From an uncultured Bacteroides sp. (GTDB taxonomy: Bacteria; Bacteroidota; Bacteroidia; Bacteroidales; Bacteroidaceae), in contig NZ_CASFWU010000006.1 of assembly GCF_949298305.1 (NCBI RefSeq), positions 3,507-67,506 on the forward strand: a stretch of 64,000 nucleotides of DNA, given 5' to 3'. Below are positions 20,829 through 30,813 of this stretch, piece by piece. A program made the translations under genes and the position numbers. Positions within the stretch are counted from its first letter, which is position 1. Every line of letters begins with the position of its first letter. The notes under the pieces were generated by a model. The model saw only the letters and a program-made list of their open reading frames with translations, made no database searches and was not told where the DNA came from.

Positions 20829-22997
20829 TTAATTTGCACTGCCGCTTTGCAAGCCTTCTACGAAGCCGGCATAAGCAGGTTTACGGTTATAGTTGATATC
20901 CCACAAACCAACAGGTTCGCCACCTCTCCATCCTGAGTCGGCAGGACTGTCAGTTGCACACCACTGAGTGATGCCATATTGTTGTGCTACCGGGATAATC
21001 TCAAAGTATTTGCTGATAATGAACTTGTAGAACTCAGCCATCTTCTGCTGTTGCTCGAAAGTAACAAGCTCTGTCTTAATACCTGTACCGAACGCCTTCT
21101 CTACAATTCCCATATCCAGCTCGGAAATCTTAATCAGCTTGCCGGTAGCAGCCATCAACTGGAACATGTTGACAATGGCATCTTCCTGAGCCTTCTGATC
21201 ATTCTCGTTCAGAATGTAGCTGACATGCATCTGTGTAGCGATACCATCAATCTTCGTCACGCCATCAGATTCCCAGGTTTCAATCCAGTGAATCAAACTC
21301 TTCAACTTCTTATTACCATCCCACCAAGATTCCAGATTGTAATCGTTGATGAAGAGTTTCAAGTCGGAAGGATTGCCACCGTATTCCTGGAAGTATTGAC
21401 GGGCTTTTGCCACTACGATACGTACATAATCCTCGCTGCCCAGGTAATCCTGCCAATAGAAGTTTGTAGCGGGATCACCATTTTCTGCCGACTGAAGATC
21501 ATAATAGCCGTCGCCGTCGCCATCTGTACCGGAAATAGCCTCGTTGACAGCATCCCATGCCGTTACATAACCGCCGGTGGCTTCCATCATACCCTTAATC
21601 CAGTTGTCCATGGCCCAAGTAAGAGTGTCTTTCTTTTCTTCAGGAGTAAGAGGGATAGCATTCGCAGATTTCTCATAGTACAGACATACATCGTCCAAAT
21701 ACAAAGTTCCCGCATAAGCACCTACATTGAACAATAACCGTGTTGCACCATCTCCTGTACAAGCCGTAGAAACGGTTAATTCTTGCCAATCAGTAGTTAC
21801 ATTCAAAGCAGGAAAGTCACCACAGCCAATATATCCATCAGGATTTTGGAAACTAACTCCGATGCTACTTGCCTGTGAGCCCTTAATCTTAAGACGTAAA
21901 AAATAAACCGTTCCATTGGTAAAAGGTGTAGTTACCTCATAACACAATTGTTTTTCCCAAGATTGTGCAGCAGAAGCATTTTCAACGACACAAACCCCAT
22001 CAACCACGGACATAGTCAATCCAGCTCCCCATCCGCCTATTGGATTGCCGCTAGAATAATCATCCTCAATAACAGGAACAGGAATGGAAACCTCACCACT
22101 ACTGCTTTCGTAATAAATTGACAAATCATCTATATAAATAGAACCAGCATAAGCTCCATAATTAAAAAGGAAGCGGTCAGCACCATCCTGTGCAGTAGCA
22201 GAAACTAAAACTTCAGTCCAATCTGTTGTAATATTCATAGAAGGGAAATCTCCTCTACCACCATAATCAGCACTATGTTGAAAAGCTGCACTAATAGAAC
22301 CTTCAATACTACCTTTAACTTTAAAGCTCAGGAAATAGACCTGGCCACCTTCAAAAGGTACATCAATTGCAGCTTGGGCTTCCCAAGGATTAACCGCACT
22401 TGGGTTAGTCATTTTCAAGCATTTCGATCCATCAGGTCCTTCATCTACCACTTCACGTGTAGAATTATTTCCCCAACCACCTATTGGATTACCATCCTCA
22501 AAGTCAGACTGATAAGCATATTTATTAGTAACACTTCCATCTCCTTCAACTTCTTTATCCGCAAGCAACGAATTCAGATACTTGTTATTCTGCTGTGAAT
22601 GCCATGCCAATGTATGTCCGTAAATAGTCATACCGGCTGCTTGAGCAGCAGTTACAAAATTCGATACTGTAGAAAAATTCATCGAGCCATCGTCGGAGAC
22701 GCAAGAAGCATATTTCATTTCATTGCCTGCAGTCATTTCATCAAAATTAGATGCTGCTAAGCTGCGCACTTGTGTACCGGCAATGAAATCGTTAGCCCCC
22801 AACGCAATTCCCAACTTAAAGTTGGGATTTGCGGAACGGTCTACATACGTTTTCAAAGCATCGTAAACATTCAGGTATTCATATTGAGCAATACTTGCAG
22901 GCTTTTCAGTGCGAAAATCAACGATTGCGTCGTCGGCACAAGCAGCGAATAAAGACAAGATTGCCAATGAACTTATAAATAAAGATTTGTTTTTCAT
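20829..22997 (-). CDS. GH10 surface endo-xylanase with two CBM4-like modules inserted in the catalytic barrel (Xyn10C/BiXyn10A type)
   Basis: Lipobox FAAC; AGNEMK, GHTLAWHSQ, then about 300 aa of two CBM4_9-like repeats (GGWG..NPWEAQ; GGWG..QSWEKQ), then WDAVNE, INDYN, ISELD. Alternative start 23009. Confidence 0.92.
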   Translation of the reverse strand: MKNKSLFISSLAILSLFAACADDAIVDFRTEKPASIAQYEYLNVYDALKTYVDRSANPNFKLGIALGANDFIAGTQVRSLAASNFDEMTAGNEMKYASCVSDDGSMNFSTVSNFVTAAQAAGMTIYGHTLAWHSQQNNKYLNSLLADKEVEGDGSVTNKYAYQSDFEDGNPIGGWGNNSTREVVDEGPDGSKCLKMTNPSAVNPWEAQAAIDVPFEGGQVYFLSFKVKGSIEGSISAAFQHSADYGGRGDFPSMNITTDWTEVLVSATAQDGADRFLFNYGAYAGSIYIDDLSIYYESSSGEVSIPVPVIEDDYSSGNPIGGWGAGLTMSVVDGVCVVENASAAQSWEKQLCYEVTTPFTNGTVYFLRLKIKGSQASSIGVSFQNPDGYIGCGDFPALNVTTDWQELTVSTACTGDGATRLLFNVGAYAGTLYLDDVCLYYEKSANAIPLTPEEKKDTLTWAMDNWIKGMMEATGGYVTAWDAVNEAISGTDGDGDGYYDLQSAENGDPATNFYWQDYLGSEDYVRIVVAKARQYFQEYGGNPSDLKLFINDYNLESWWDGNKKLKSLIHWIETWESDGVTKIDGIATQMHVSYILNENDQKAQEDAIVNMFQLMAATGKLIKISELDMGIVEKAFGTGIKTELVTFEQQQKMAEFYKFIISKYFEIIPVAQQYGITQWCATDSPADSGWRGGEPVGLWDINYNRKPAYAGFVEGLQSGSAN

Positions 22998-23044
22998 ACT
23001 AGTATACAATTAAATATAAAAACCTCCTTTTATCAAAGAGACAA

Positions 23045-24088
23045 CTAGTTAGCATTATAGGTAGGAGTAAATACCTCCAATTTATTAGTGCCACGGGTCT
23101 GCAACACCAACGTATCTTTGGTAGCCACCTGCTTGAAGCCATAATCCAGCTGATAGTCCAGATAAATGGCATCACGATCCTTGTTTCCCCACGCTTTCTT
23201 TTCTCCATCTTCCACAAACTTACCGGTACCGGAAGCCGTAATTCCATCAGTACCAGAAGCAATTGTACATTCATTACCATTGAAGGTCAGCAGCAAATTG
23301 CATATTACTGCAACCCCATTATTATCCTGTGTAGTAACGGGAAAAACCGCAGTAGTAAGCGATTGGGTAGTGATACTGCACACTTCATCCTTTTCCACAT
23401 ATTGCTCGTGGCGAATATTCGTACTCGTCACACCATCAACTTTAATTTGATCTACTCCCCGACGCAGATAAGAGCCGTGCCAAGGATTCATATACTTCAC
23501 ACAGTAAAGAACATAGTCCATTGGTTTAACGCTCCAATAAGCAGAATTGGTACGTGCCGGCTGATCACCTTCAATCAACGGTGTACCAGTCAAGATACGG
23601 TCAGCCCCAGTCTGTCCTTTCATCACCACTGGAATGACATAATTTGCACTCAAAGACTTCTCGTCAGCAAAAAAAGCATCGGTAAGCTGTACTTCAACGT
23701 ATCCCCAGTGGTCGCCATTATACTTAATCTGGTTTCCACCCAGTTGATAATAATTGTCCGGCATAGGCAATACGGGTGAGCCGTCCTCGAAAGTAAGGTT
23801 ATCGCAAAGTGTGTTATCCACAGCAATGTCAACAGTAATATCTCGTCCACCGTAAGCACCTCCCATAGTGGCATAAATGGCACACTTATGCTGATTGTCA
23901 AGCGTATTGTCAACTATCTCATCGTTACCCAACACAATCGTGCGCACAGGATATTGATAGGCGAAATAGACGCTTGTTCCTCCTTCATAGTCAGGAAACG
24001 TTCTGTCCGCATTCTCGCAGGCAGAAAAGGCAAACGCCAAAGCACCCGACATCATCAATGATATAACTTTATTTGTTTTCATTTTCAT
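23045..24088 (-). CDS. SusE-positioned surface lipoprotein (DUF1735/DUF5627-like)
   Basis: Lipobox FSAC; VYFAYQYPVRTIVLGND, YVLYCVKYMNPWHGSYLRRG; lies directly after susD. Domain name recalled, not searched. Confidence 0.75.
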   Translation of the reverse strand: MKMKTNKVISLMMSGALAFAFSACENADRTFPDYEGGTSVYFAYQYPVRTIVLGNDEIVDNTLDNQHKCAIYATMGGAYGGRDITVDIAVDNTLCDNLTFEDGSPVLPMPDNYYQLGGNQIKYNGDHWGYVEVQLTDAFFADEKSLSANYVIPVVMKGQTGADRILTGTPLIEGDQPARTNSAYWSVKPMDYVLYCVKYMNPWHGSYLRRGVDQIKVDGVTSTNIRHEQYVEKDEVCSITTQSLTTAVFPVTTQDNNGVAVICNLLLTFNGNECTIASGTDGITASGTGKFVEDGEKKAWGNKDRDAIYLDYQLDYGFKQVATKDTLVLQTRGTNKLEVFTPTYNAN

Positions 24089-24114
24089 TATCTGCATTTT
24101 ATAATTCAACATCT

Positions 24115-25920
24115 TTACCAACCCTTATTCTGCTGAAGATTGCTCCATTTCAATACTTCAGTGTACGGTATAGGTCCGTAGTGCATATAGTCCTGATAGT
24201 TACGAATCTCCACATCAATCATCGTGTAGTTCAAGCCATTGGTTCCCTGTTCGATACGTACCCCCTTAGCCGTTTCGTCAAGTGGCAAGTTCCAGCGGCG
24301 AATATCCCAGAAACGCTTGTTTTCAAAGCACAATTCAATGCGGCGTTCGTTGCGAATCATTTCAGTCATCTTATCCTTGTCGTTTTTAATGCTTTCCAGA
24401 TAGGCATCACCATTGTCAGTCCCAACGCCACCACGAGCACGCAAAGCCTTAATGACATCATAAGCACTATAAGTATTGCCACCGTTGCCAGTAGGCCCCC
24501 AAGCATCGTTGGCAGCCTCAGCATAAGCCAAGAATATTTCTGTATAACGGATACGTACCGGGAAGTGATACTTGTTATTAATTGAACTCGGATTGGGACT
24601 ACAGTCTTCACGCAAGAGTTTACGCAAATAGTAACCTGTACGGGTAGATGTACCGATGCGGTTCAGGCCATCGTCGGTTTTATTATCGCTGTCGGCGTAC
24701 AATCCGGTAATAATCTTCTTTCCCTTATACTCGCTCTCGTTATAGAGAATGTACTCCGTCAAACGCGGGTCACGATTGGCATAAGGATTACTAGCCGAAT
24801 AGCCACTGTTGACATCAGTAATAGGATATCCATTAGCCATAGGGAAAGCATCTACCAGATTTTGTGTAGGATTAATACGCCCACTTCCATAAAGTGTAGG
24901 CGGAAAGTTGTTCTTTTCCTGCGTAATACCCATATCATAATCTGCAGTACCATTGTTACGGTTTCCACGCCATAAAATTTCGGCAGTTACTTCGCCCGAA
25001 CCCATGTTATCCAGTTCGTCTGTATTCATATACCAAGTGTTTCCTCTCGGATCAATGCCACTTATACCTCCAATACGGTTGAGTACAGTAGCAGCATAAT
25101 TGGCTGCCGTTTCAGCAGTAACTCCGGAACCGTCACGATAAGCAGGGCTGGCAGCCAGCAAAGCTACCTGAGCTTTGAAGGCTTCAGCAATGCGCTTCGT
25201 AATACGACCGCGTTGATAGGTTCCGAATACCAAGTTGTAGCCACCCATCTCAGCACCAATCTGCTGGTACTTGACAGGGAGTTCGGCATTGCTGCTGATA
25301 TTCTCATAGTCAAGCGGCAACAGTTCGATAGCCTTATCCAAATCATCAAAGATGTAGTTCACACACTCGCTGAAAGTATTACGTGGCAAATTGAATTCAG
25401 AATCCTTATCTTCCGGTTCAAATACCATCGGTACACCCAACAACTGACCATCGGCAGTCCAACCACCATGTGCCTGTATCAAATAAAAATAGTTCAAAGC
25501 ACGCAAGGCATAAGCCTCTCCACGGAGTTTATCAATATACATCTGGTTGGTAGATTCAGTAGCCGACCAATGTACTTGATCCACAATGCCCAAGAAAGTA
25601 TTAATATACTGAATGGTTGCCCGGCGAGCCTGCCATTGTTCCATCGGATTATTGCTTGAAGACCAAGAACCAAGTGCCATTTTTGAATAGTTGCTGGTCA
25701 AGTCATTCGTTACAGCATCATCCGTTGCTACATCACTCACGCTGGAGTTATCGTAAGGGAGCATTGCGTAACCATACCCCAACAAACCCGAAGCATAGTT
25801 AGGGTCAGAAAACATTTCTTCAACACCACGGTTATTCTCCTGGGCAGGTTCGAACATGTCTTCACAAGCCGAAAGGGTAGCCAAAAGCGCCGTAGACAAC
25901 AAAATATTTTTTAATTTCAT
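24115..25920 (-). CDS. susD: SusD/RagB family outer-membrane lipoprotein
   Basis: Lipobox LSAC; RGEAYALRA, NRDPRL, RYTEIFLAYAEA, RNERRIELCFENKRFWDIRRW. Confidence 0.95.
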   Translation of the reverse strand: MKLKNILLSTALLATLSACEDMFEPAQENNRGVEEMFSDPNYASGLLGYGYAMLPYDNSSVSDVATDDAVTNDLTSNYSKMALGSWSSSNNPMEQWQARRATIQYINTFLGIVDQVHWSATESTNQMYIDKLRGEAYALRALNYFYLIQAHGGWTADGQLLGVPMVFEPEDKDSEFNLPRNTFSECVNYIFDDLDKAIELLPLDYENISSNAELPVKYQQIGAEMGGYNLVFGTYQRGRITKRIAEAFKAQVALLAASPAYRDGSGVTAETAANYAATVLNRIGGISGIDPRGNTWYMNTDELDNMGSGEVTAEILWRGNRNNGTADYDMGITQEKNNFPPTLYGSGRINPTQNLVDAFPMANGYPITDVNSGYSASNPYANRDPRLTEYILYNESEYKGKKIITGLYADSDNKTDDGLNRIGTSTRTGYYLRKLLREDCSPNPSSINNKYHFPVRIRYTEIFLAYAEAANDAWGPTGNGGNTYSAYDVIKALRARGGVGTDNGDAYLESIKNDKDKMTEMIRNERRIELCFENKRFWDIRRWNLPLDETAKGVRIEQGTNGLNYTMIDVEIRNYQDYMHYGPIPYTEVLKWSNLQQNKGW

Positions 25921-25937
25921 TTCAATCTTTTTTTAGG

Positions 25938-28796
25938 TTAAAATACTGCTTTCACACCAATATTATAATATCTGCTCTGAGGAGCGCTGCCCACATTCAA
26001 TTCCATGTGTTCACGTTCTTTAGAAATAGTGAGCAGGTTAGCTCCACTAACGTAAGCCGAAAGCTCCTTAACAAAGGAACCGCGTAACAAACGTTTAGGC
26101 AAATCATAAGTAACCTGAATCTTAGCCAAGTCAAATCGGTTGGCTTTATACATCCAAAAGTCCGATGTACAGAAGTTGTTGCTAGCATTCAGTGTAGACA
26201 AACGGGGATAAGTGGCAGTAGCGGCCGTTTCTTCTGTCCAGCGGTCACGCACTACAGCCGAGTATTTGTCTTCCCCATCTACCCAATAGTAAGAACTATT
26301 CTTTACACCATAACTTCCGAAGCCACCAGTAGCCAATGCAAAGAAAGTAAAGTCTTTCCACTTGGCAGTAAGGTTGATGCCCAATGTAAAGGGGGAACCA
26401 TACCACCCACCTTTACCCAGATAAACTTCGTCCTTATCATCGATAATACCATCACCGTTCTGGTCAATGTACTTGATATCTCCCGGACGGATTTGTCCCA
26501 GTTTGGATTGATCGGCCCAATTGTCAATATCATTTTGATCTTGGAAGAGCCCGGCACTTTGGTAACCCCATATACCATCAATGGGTTTTCCTTCACGATA
26601 GCGGTAAGCATCATCATAGATTTCATCACGTCTGGTAGCTTTGGTATCGTAATAAGTACCAGATACACCCAGCGACCAATCTACTTCACCGATACGTTGG
26701 TTCAAATTTACACTAAAATCGAATCCGATACGACGATTATTGTTATAGTTTAATATCGGCAAGAATGAAGCAGCAGGATAATATGTACTCAAATACGACG
26801 GATAGAATGTCGGACTCTTAATCGGATACCCCTCAGTAGAATTAATAAAGAATGAAGCATCGGCTGTAACCAGCTTGTTCCACAAAGAAGTACGAAGATT
26901 TACAGACAATTCCTTACGCTTGATGAAACCCAAGTCATCATTCTGACCTTTGGTAGAAAAAGTATATTTCCCAGCAGAACCGTCATACCAACCATAACCA
27001 TCAGCCTGAGTCCAAACACCTTCATAAAGATAGAACTCATTTCCATCAACCACCAAATCAATATCCTGATTCAAAATACTACCTGATACGCTCAGCATCA
27101 TATCATCCACGATTGGTGAATCTTTCAGGAAACTTTCTTCACTCAGGCGCCATCCTAAAGTCAACGAAGGAGAAAAGGCATTACGGTGTCCAGGAGCCAA
27201 TTTGGCTGAATGAATCAATGCTGCACCAAAGTCTGCATAGTAGCGCTGCTTGTAATTATAACCAGCCTGCAAAGCCAAGTTAGCATTGCTAATGCGATGA
27301 TACTGCGCCGAAATAGTTTGTTGATAACCGTTAACTATGAACATTGCAGACACATTGTGATCTTTCTGGAATGTGTTCTGATAGTTGAACTGCCCTGTGA
27401 AAGCGATTGTCTGCTTATCTGAACTTCCACTAATATTCTGTGTGGCAGGACGTTCATCCAGACCTTCTTTTGTCAAAGCCACAATAACATCTTTACCATT
27501 GTAGTTAGACCATGTAGGAACGAAGATAGCATAATTGTTATCAAACGAAGTCGTGTATGAGGTAGCATAGTCTACAGCAAACATTGCCTTGAATGAAAGA
27601 CCTTTCAGTAGTTTGTTAAGGTCAATATCAACACCCGTATCAAACTGGAATTGACGACTTGTCCACTTACTGCTTCCAGCTGCATAAACATCGGCAAAAG
27701 CATTGGTCGGATTTGCCTGCGTACCAGCGAGGAAATACTTTCCATCAATGATATTACCCGATGTGCTCAACAATTCCCAAGCAGCAGTCGCATTGGGATC
27801 AATCATATCCAGCGGGATCAACGGAGCAGCATGTTGCGGGAAATTGGGACGTGCAGTCGAAGCTACATTCCAATAGTCACCTTTGGCGCTTTTGGAATTA
27901 TAGAAGGTAGCATTCGCATTGATATAAGCATTAATAAAATCATTAATGTTAACATCTACGTTACCACGAACATTGAAACGGTCGGTCATGTTATTCTCGG
28001 CCTCACCAAAATTCAAATAATCGCCATTGCGATAATAGCTGACATTACTATAAAAATGAGCACGTGAACCACCACCCGAAATTTCAGCTGTTACCTCCGA
28101 ACGATTATACACTTTCTTTACATAATCGGACGAATAATAGTTAATATCCGGATAACGGTAGGGATTCAAACCAGAAGCGTGATTATAAATTTCAGTCTCT
28201 GAATACAACGGATCCAAACCATCATTGACACGAGCCTCATTATAAAGCGTCATATACTCTGCTGCTCCCAAATATTCAGGAAAACTTTTTGCCACATTAA
28301 AACCCGTATTAGCACGGACAGAAACGTTGAGTCCTTCTGTCTTACCACGTTTTGTGGTAATAACAATAGCTCCCTTAGCAGCTTTACTGCCATAGAGCAC
28401 TACTGCTTGTGCTCCTTTCAAGAAAGTGATTTGAGCAATTTCAGAAGGCATCACGTTATCAGCAGCACGGGGAACGCCGTCAACAAGCACCAAGTAACCG
28501 GCATTGTCACCATCCATGCCCCAAAGCGAATTGCCATTCCAACCACCTACATAGCCTTGCATATTATCCAAGCTATAAGTATTATAGTTTTTCTCCGTCA
28601 AATCCTCCATATTGACCACAGAAACACCACCCAACAGGTCTTTCTGAGCCACCTTTCGGAAAGCAACCTGAACCATTTGGTCATCTTCGATTGCCAATGA
28701 GTCGGTTTCATTCCCCATTGTTGCTTGCGCGCCGGCCAAAAGCGGAGAAGCGGCCAGCATGGCACAGAGAATGAATCTTGTCTGTATATATTTCAT
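25938..28796 (-). CDS. susC: SusC/RagA TonB-dependent transporter, short form lacking the N-terminal CarboxypepD_reg-like domain
   Basis: Plug motifs LVLVDGVPR and AVVLYGSKAAKGAIVITTKRG, RPGDIKYIDQNGDG, YPRLS, C-terminal GVKAVF. Confidence 0.92.
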   Translation of the reverse strand: MKYIQTRFILCAMLAASPLLAGAQATMGNETDSLAIEDDQMVQVAFRKVAQKDLLGGVSVVNMEDLTEKNYNTYSLDNMQGYVGGWNGNSLWGMDGDNAGYLVLVDGVPRAADNVMPSEIAQITFLKGAQAVVLYGSKAAKGAIVITTKRGKTEGLNVSVRANTGFNVAKSFPEYLGAAEYMTLYNEARVNDGLDPLYSETEIYNHASGLNPYRYPDINYYSSDYVKKVYNRSEVTAEISGGGSRAHFYSNVSYYRNGDYLNFGEAENNMTDRFNVRGNVDVNINDFINAYINANATFYNSKSAKGDYWNVASTARPNFPQHAAPLIPLDMIDPNATAAWELLSTSGNIIDGKYFLAGTQANPTNAFADVYAAGSSKWTSRQFQFDTGVDIDLNKLLKGLSFKAMFAVDYATSYTTSFDNNYAIFVPTWSNYNGKDVIVALTKEGLDERPATQNISGSSDKQTIAFTGQFNYQNTFQKDHNVSAMFIVNGYQQTISAQYHRISNANLALQAGYNYKQRYYADFGAALIHSAKLAPGHRNAFSPSLTLGWRLSEESFLKDSPIVDDMMLSVSGSILNQDIDLVVDGNEFYLYEGVWTQADGYGWYDGSAGKYTFSTKGQNDDLGFIKRKELSVNLRTSLWNKLVTADASFFINSTEGYPIKSPTFYPSYLSTYYPAASFLPILNYNNNRRIGFDFSVNLNQRIGEVDWSLGVSGTYYDTKATRRDEIYDDAYRYREGKPIDGIWGYQSAGLFQDQNDIDNWADQSKLGQIRPGDIKYIDQNGDGIIDDKDEVYLGKGGWYGSPFTLGINLTAKWKDFTFFALATGGFGSYGVKNSSYYWVDGEDKYSAVVRDRWTEETAATATYPRLSTLNASNNFCTSDFWMYKANRFDLAKIQVTYDLPKRLLRGSFVKELSAYVSGANLLTISKEREHMELNVGSAPQSRYYNIGVKAVF

Positions 28797-28846
28797 TGTT
28801 TACTCGTTTATGATTATACATAAGTGTTTTTCAAATCCATTTCACA

Positions 28847-30802
28847 TTACCAACCCGGATTTTGGTTAAACTCAGGATAGAGATAAACATCATCATCGGG
28901 GAATGGGAACCAATAATGTTTTGTTCCGAATACACGCTTCACCAGTAATACATGGCGGAAATTGGCCACTTCGGCATCAGCAGGATCGTTATTCTTGTAG
29001 AAGTCTTCACTTTCCACACGATCAAACTCCACTGCATATTTTTCCGTATAAGGTGACTCGCTGAGCAATAACCAGCGTTGCAAGTCATTGAAACGGAAGC
29101 CTTCCATCGAAAGTTCGACAGCACGTTCACGACGGATTTCGTCCATAAACTTATTTTTATCGGCCGCATAAGAATCAGCAACCAAACCGGCTCCGCAACG
29201 CTCACGAATGGTATTTACCGCTTCAAGGGCAGTCTTGGAGAAGTTAGAACTCTTGCCCGAAGCACCACCGAAAGCAGCACAAGATTCTGCATACATCAAA
29301 TAAATGTCAGCCAAACGCATATAAGGGAGATATGAATGCAAGGCACTACCCCAATCATATTCCTTATCGCCAACATTACAAGTATGAGGAATCAGCTTTT
29401 GGAAAAAATAACCGGTACGGCTACCCATGTCATCGGAACGCATGTCACCGCCACTACTTGAAAGGTTGAGATAAGCATAAGGCTTCTGTGCATCATTCAG
29501 TTTATCTTCAGCCAGCACATAGTGAAAACCATCGAACACGATATCATGATAGAAACGCGGATCACGATCCTTAAAAGGATGGGTAGGATCGAAACCGGAA
29601 TTAGGATCATCCAAAGGCAGACCATTGGCCATACCATACATTGCTACCAAATTTGCGGTCGGGAGATGAATGATTACATCATGCTCTACCAAACCTGCCA
29701 CTTTGGGTCCCCACAGCTTAGACATGTTCCAGTTCGTATTATTACCATCAGATGAACCGGAACTTCCTGACGGGCCGCGGAATATAGCCTCTACCGAACC
29801 TGGCATCTGCCAGTTCTGGCGGCGAGTATAGAATATGTCCGAGAAACAGGTTGAAGCGCCACTAGCTTTCTCATGGTCGTAAATATTGGAATAATTATAC
29901 TCGGCCAACGCATACTGTGTCTGTCCGCTTTCCACCAAGCTCAGCAATTCACCGAAAGCTTCAGCAGCTTTCTGACAATAAGCCTCATCGTAATTATAAG
30001 TTTGGGTTCCACCTAACTGCGCACCATTCTTCATCAAAGGACTACCAGCCCACAGATAATTTTTGCCCAAATAACCTAAAGCCATAATTTTGTTGATACG
30101 CAGCTGGTTTTTACCAACCGTTGCCTGACCGGCATTAGTACTGTCCCAATCTATAGGAAGCAGCTCAGCGGCACGTTGAAAATCGGCAGCCGCCTTGTCC
30201 GCACACTCTTGATAGCTTAATCGCGGCAAAGTCAAATCTTGTGTGGCATCAAGCACCTGATCAACGTAAGGCAGACCGCCCCAGTATTCCATCATTTCAA
30301 AATGCCACCAAGCACGAAAGAAATAAAGTTGACCTGCAATCAGGTCACGTTCTTCGTCCGTACCAACCATCTTATCCAAATTGGCAAGGCCGATATTACA
30401 CTTACGAATGCAATACCACGCATGTCCCCAAAGAGAATGATGAAAACTATCGTTAGAAGTCGGATTATTGGTACCGGTCATTAGCCAAGACTGCCCATTG
30501 GTCTCCCAAGAACGGAAATTACCCAAATCAACCTGATTAGTCATGTGAGCATTACCCAACGAATTGAAAAGTTCATCATCTCCCCAATTCCAGGAAGTAC
30601 AATAATTACATTTTTCTTTATCGGGAATACAATTATAGATTTCCTCTACAAATCCCTGGAAATTACGAAAATCCTTAAATGCGTCCTCCTTATTGACGGT
30701 AGCTTCAGGGCTTTTGTCCAAATAGTCCTCACACGCAGTCATGCCGCATCCCAAAGCAAGCGAAAGGAGCGCAGTATATATATATGTATATTTTCTTTTC
30801 AT
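28847..30802 (-). CDS. susD: SusD/RagB family outer-membrane lipoprotein
   Basis: Lipobox MTAC; GQLYFFRAWWHF, DRDPRF, YMRLADIYLMYAES, RRERAVELSMEGFRFNDLQRW, QNPGW. Confidence 0.95.
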   Translation of the reverse strand: MKRKYTYIYTALLSLALGCGMTACEDYLDKSPEATVNKEDAFKDFRNFQGFVEEIYNCIPDKEKCNYCTSWNWGDDELFNSLGNAHMTNQVDLGNFRSWETNGQSWLMTGTNNPTSNDSFHHSLWGHAWYCIRKCNIGLANLDKMVGTDEERDLIAGQLYFFRAWWHFEMMEYWGGLPYVDQVLDATQDLTLPRLSYQECADKAAADFQRAAELLPIDWDSTNAGQATVGKNQLRINKIMALGYLGKNYLWAGSPLMKNGAQLGGTQTYNYDEAYCQKAAEAFGELLSLVESGQTQYALAEYNYSNIYDHEKASGASTCFSDIFYTRRQNWQMPGSVEAIFRGPSGSSGSSDGNNTNWNMSKLWGPKVAGLVEHDVIIHLPTANLVAMYGMANGLPLDDPNSGFDPTHPFKDRDPRFYHDIVFDGFHYVLAEDKLNDAQKPYAYLNLSSSGGDMRSDDMGSRTGYFFQKLIPHTCNVGDKEYDWGSALHSYLPYMRLADIYLMYAESCAAFGGASGKSSNFSKTALEAVNTIRERCGAGLVADSYAADKNKFMDEIRRERAVELSMEGFRFNDLQRWLLLSESPYTEKYAVEFDRVESEDFYKNNDPADAEVANFRHVLLVKRVFGTKHYWFPFPDDDVYLYPEFNQNPGW

Positions 30803-30813
30803 TTTATACTTTC

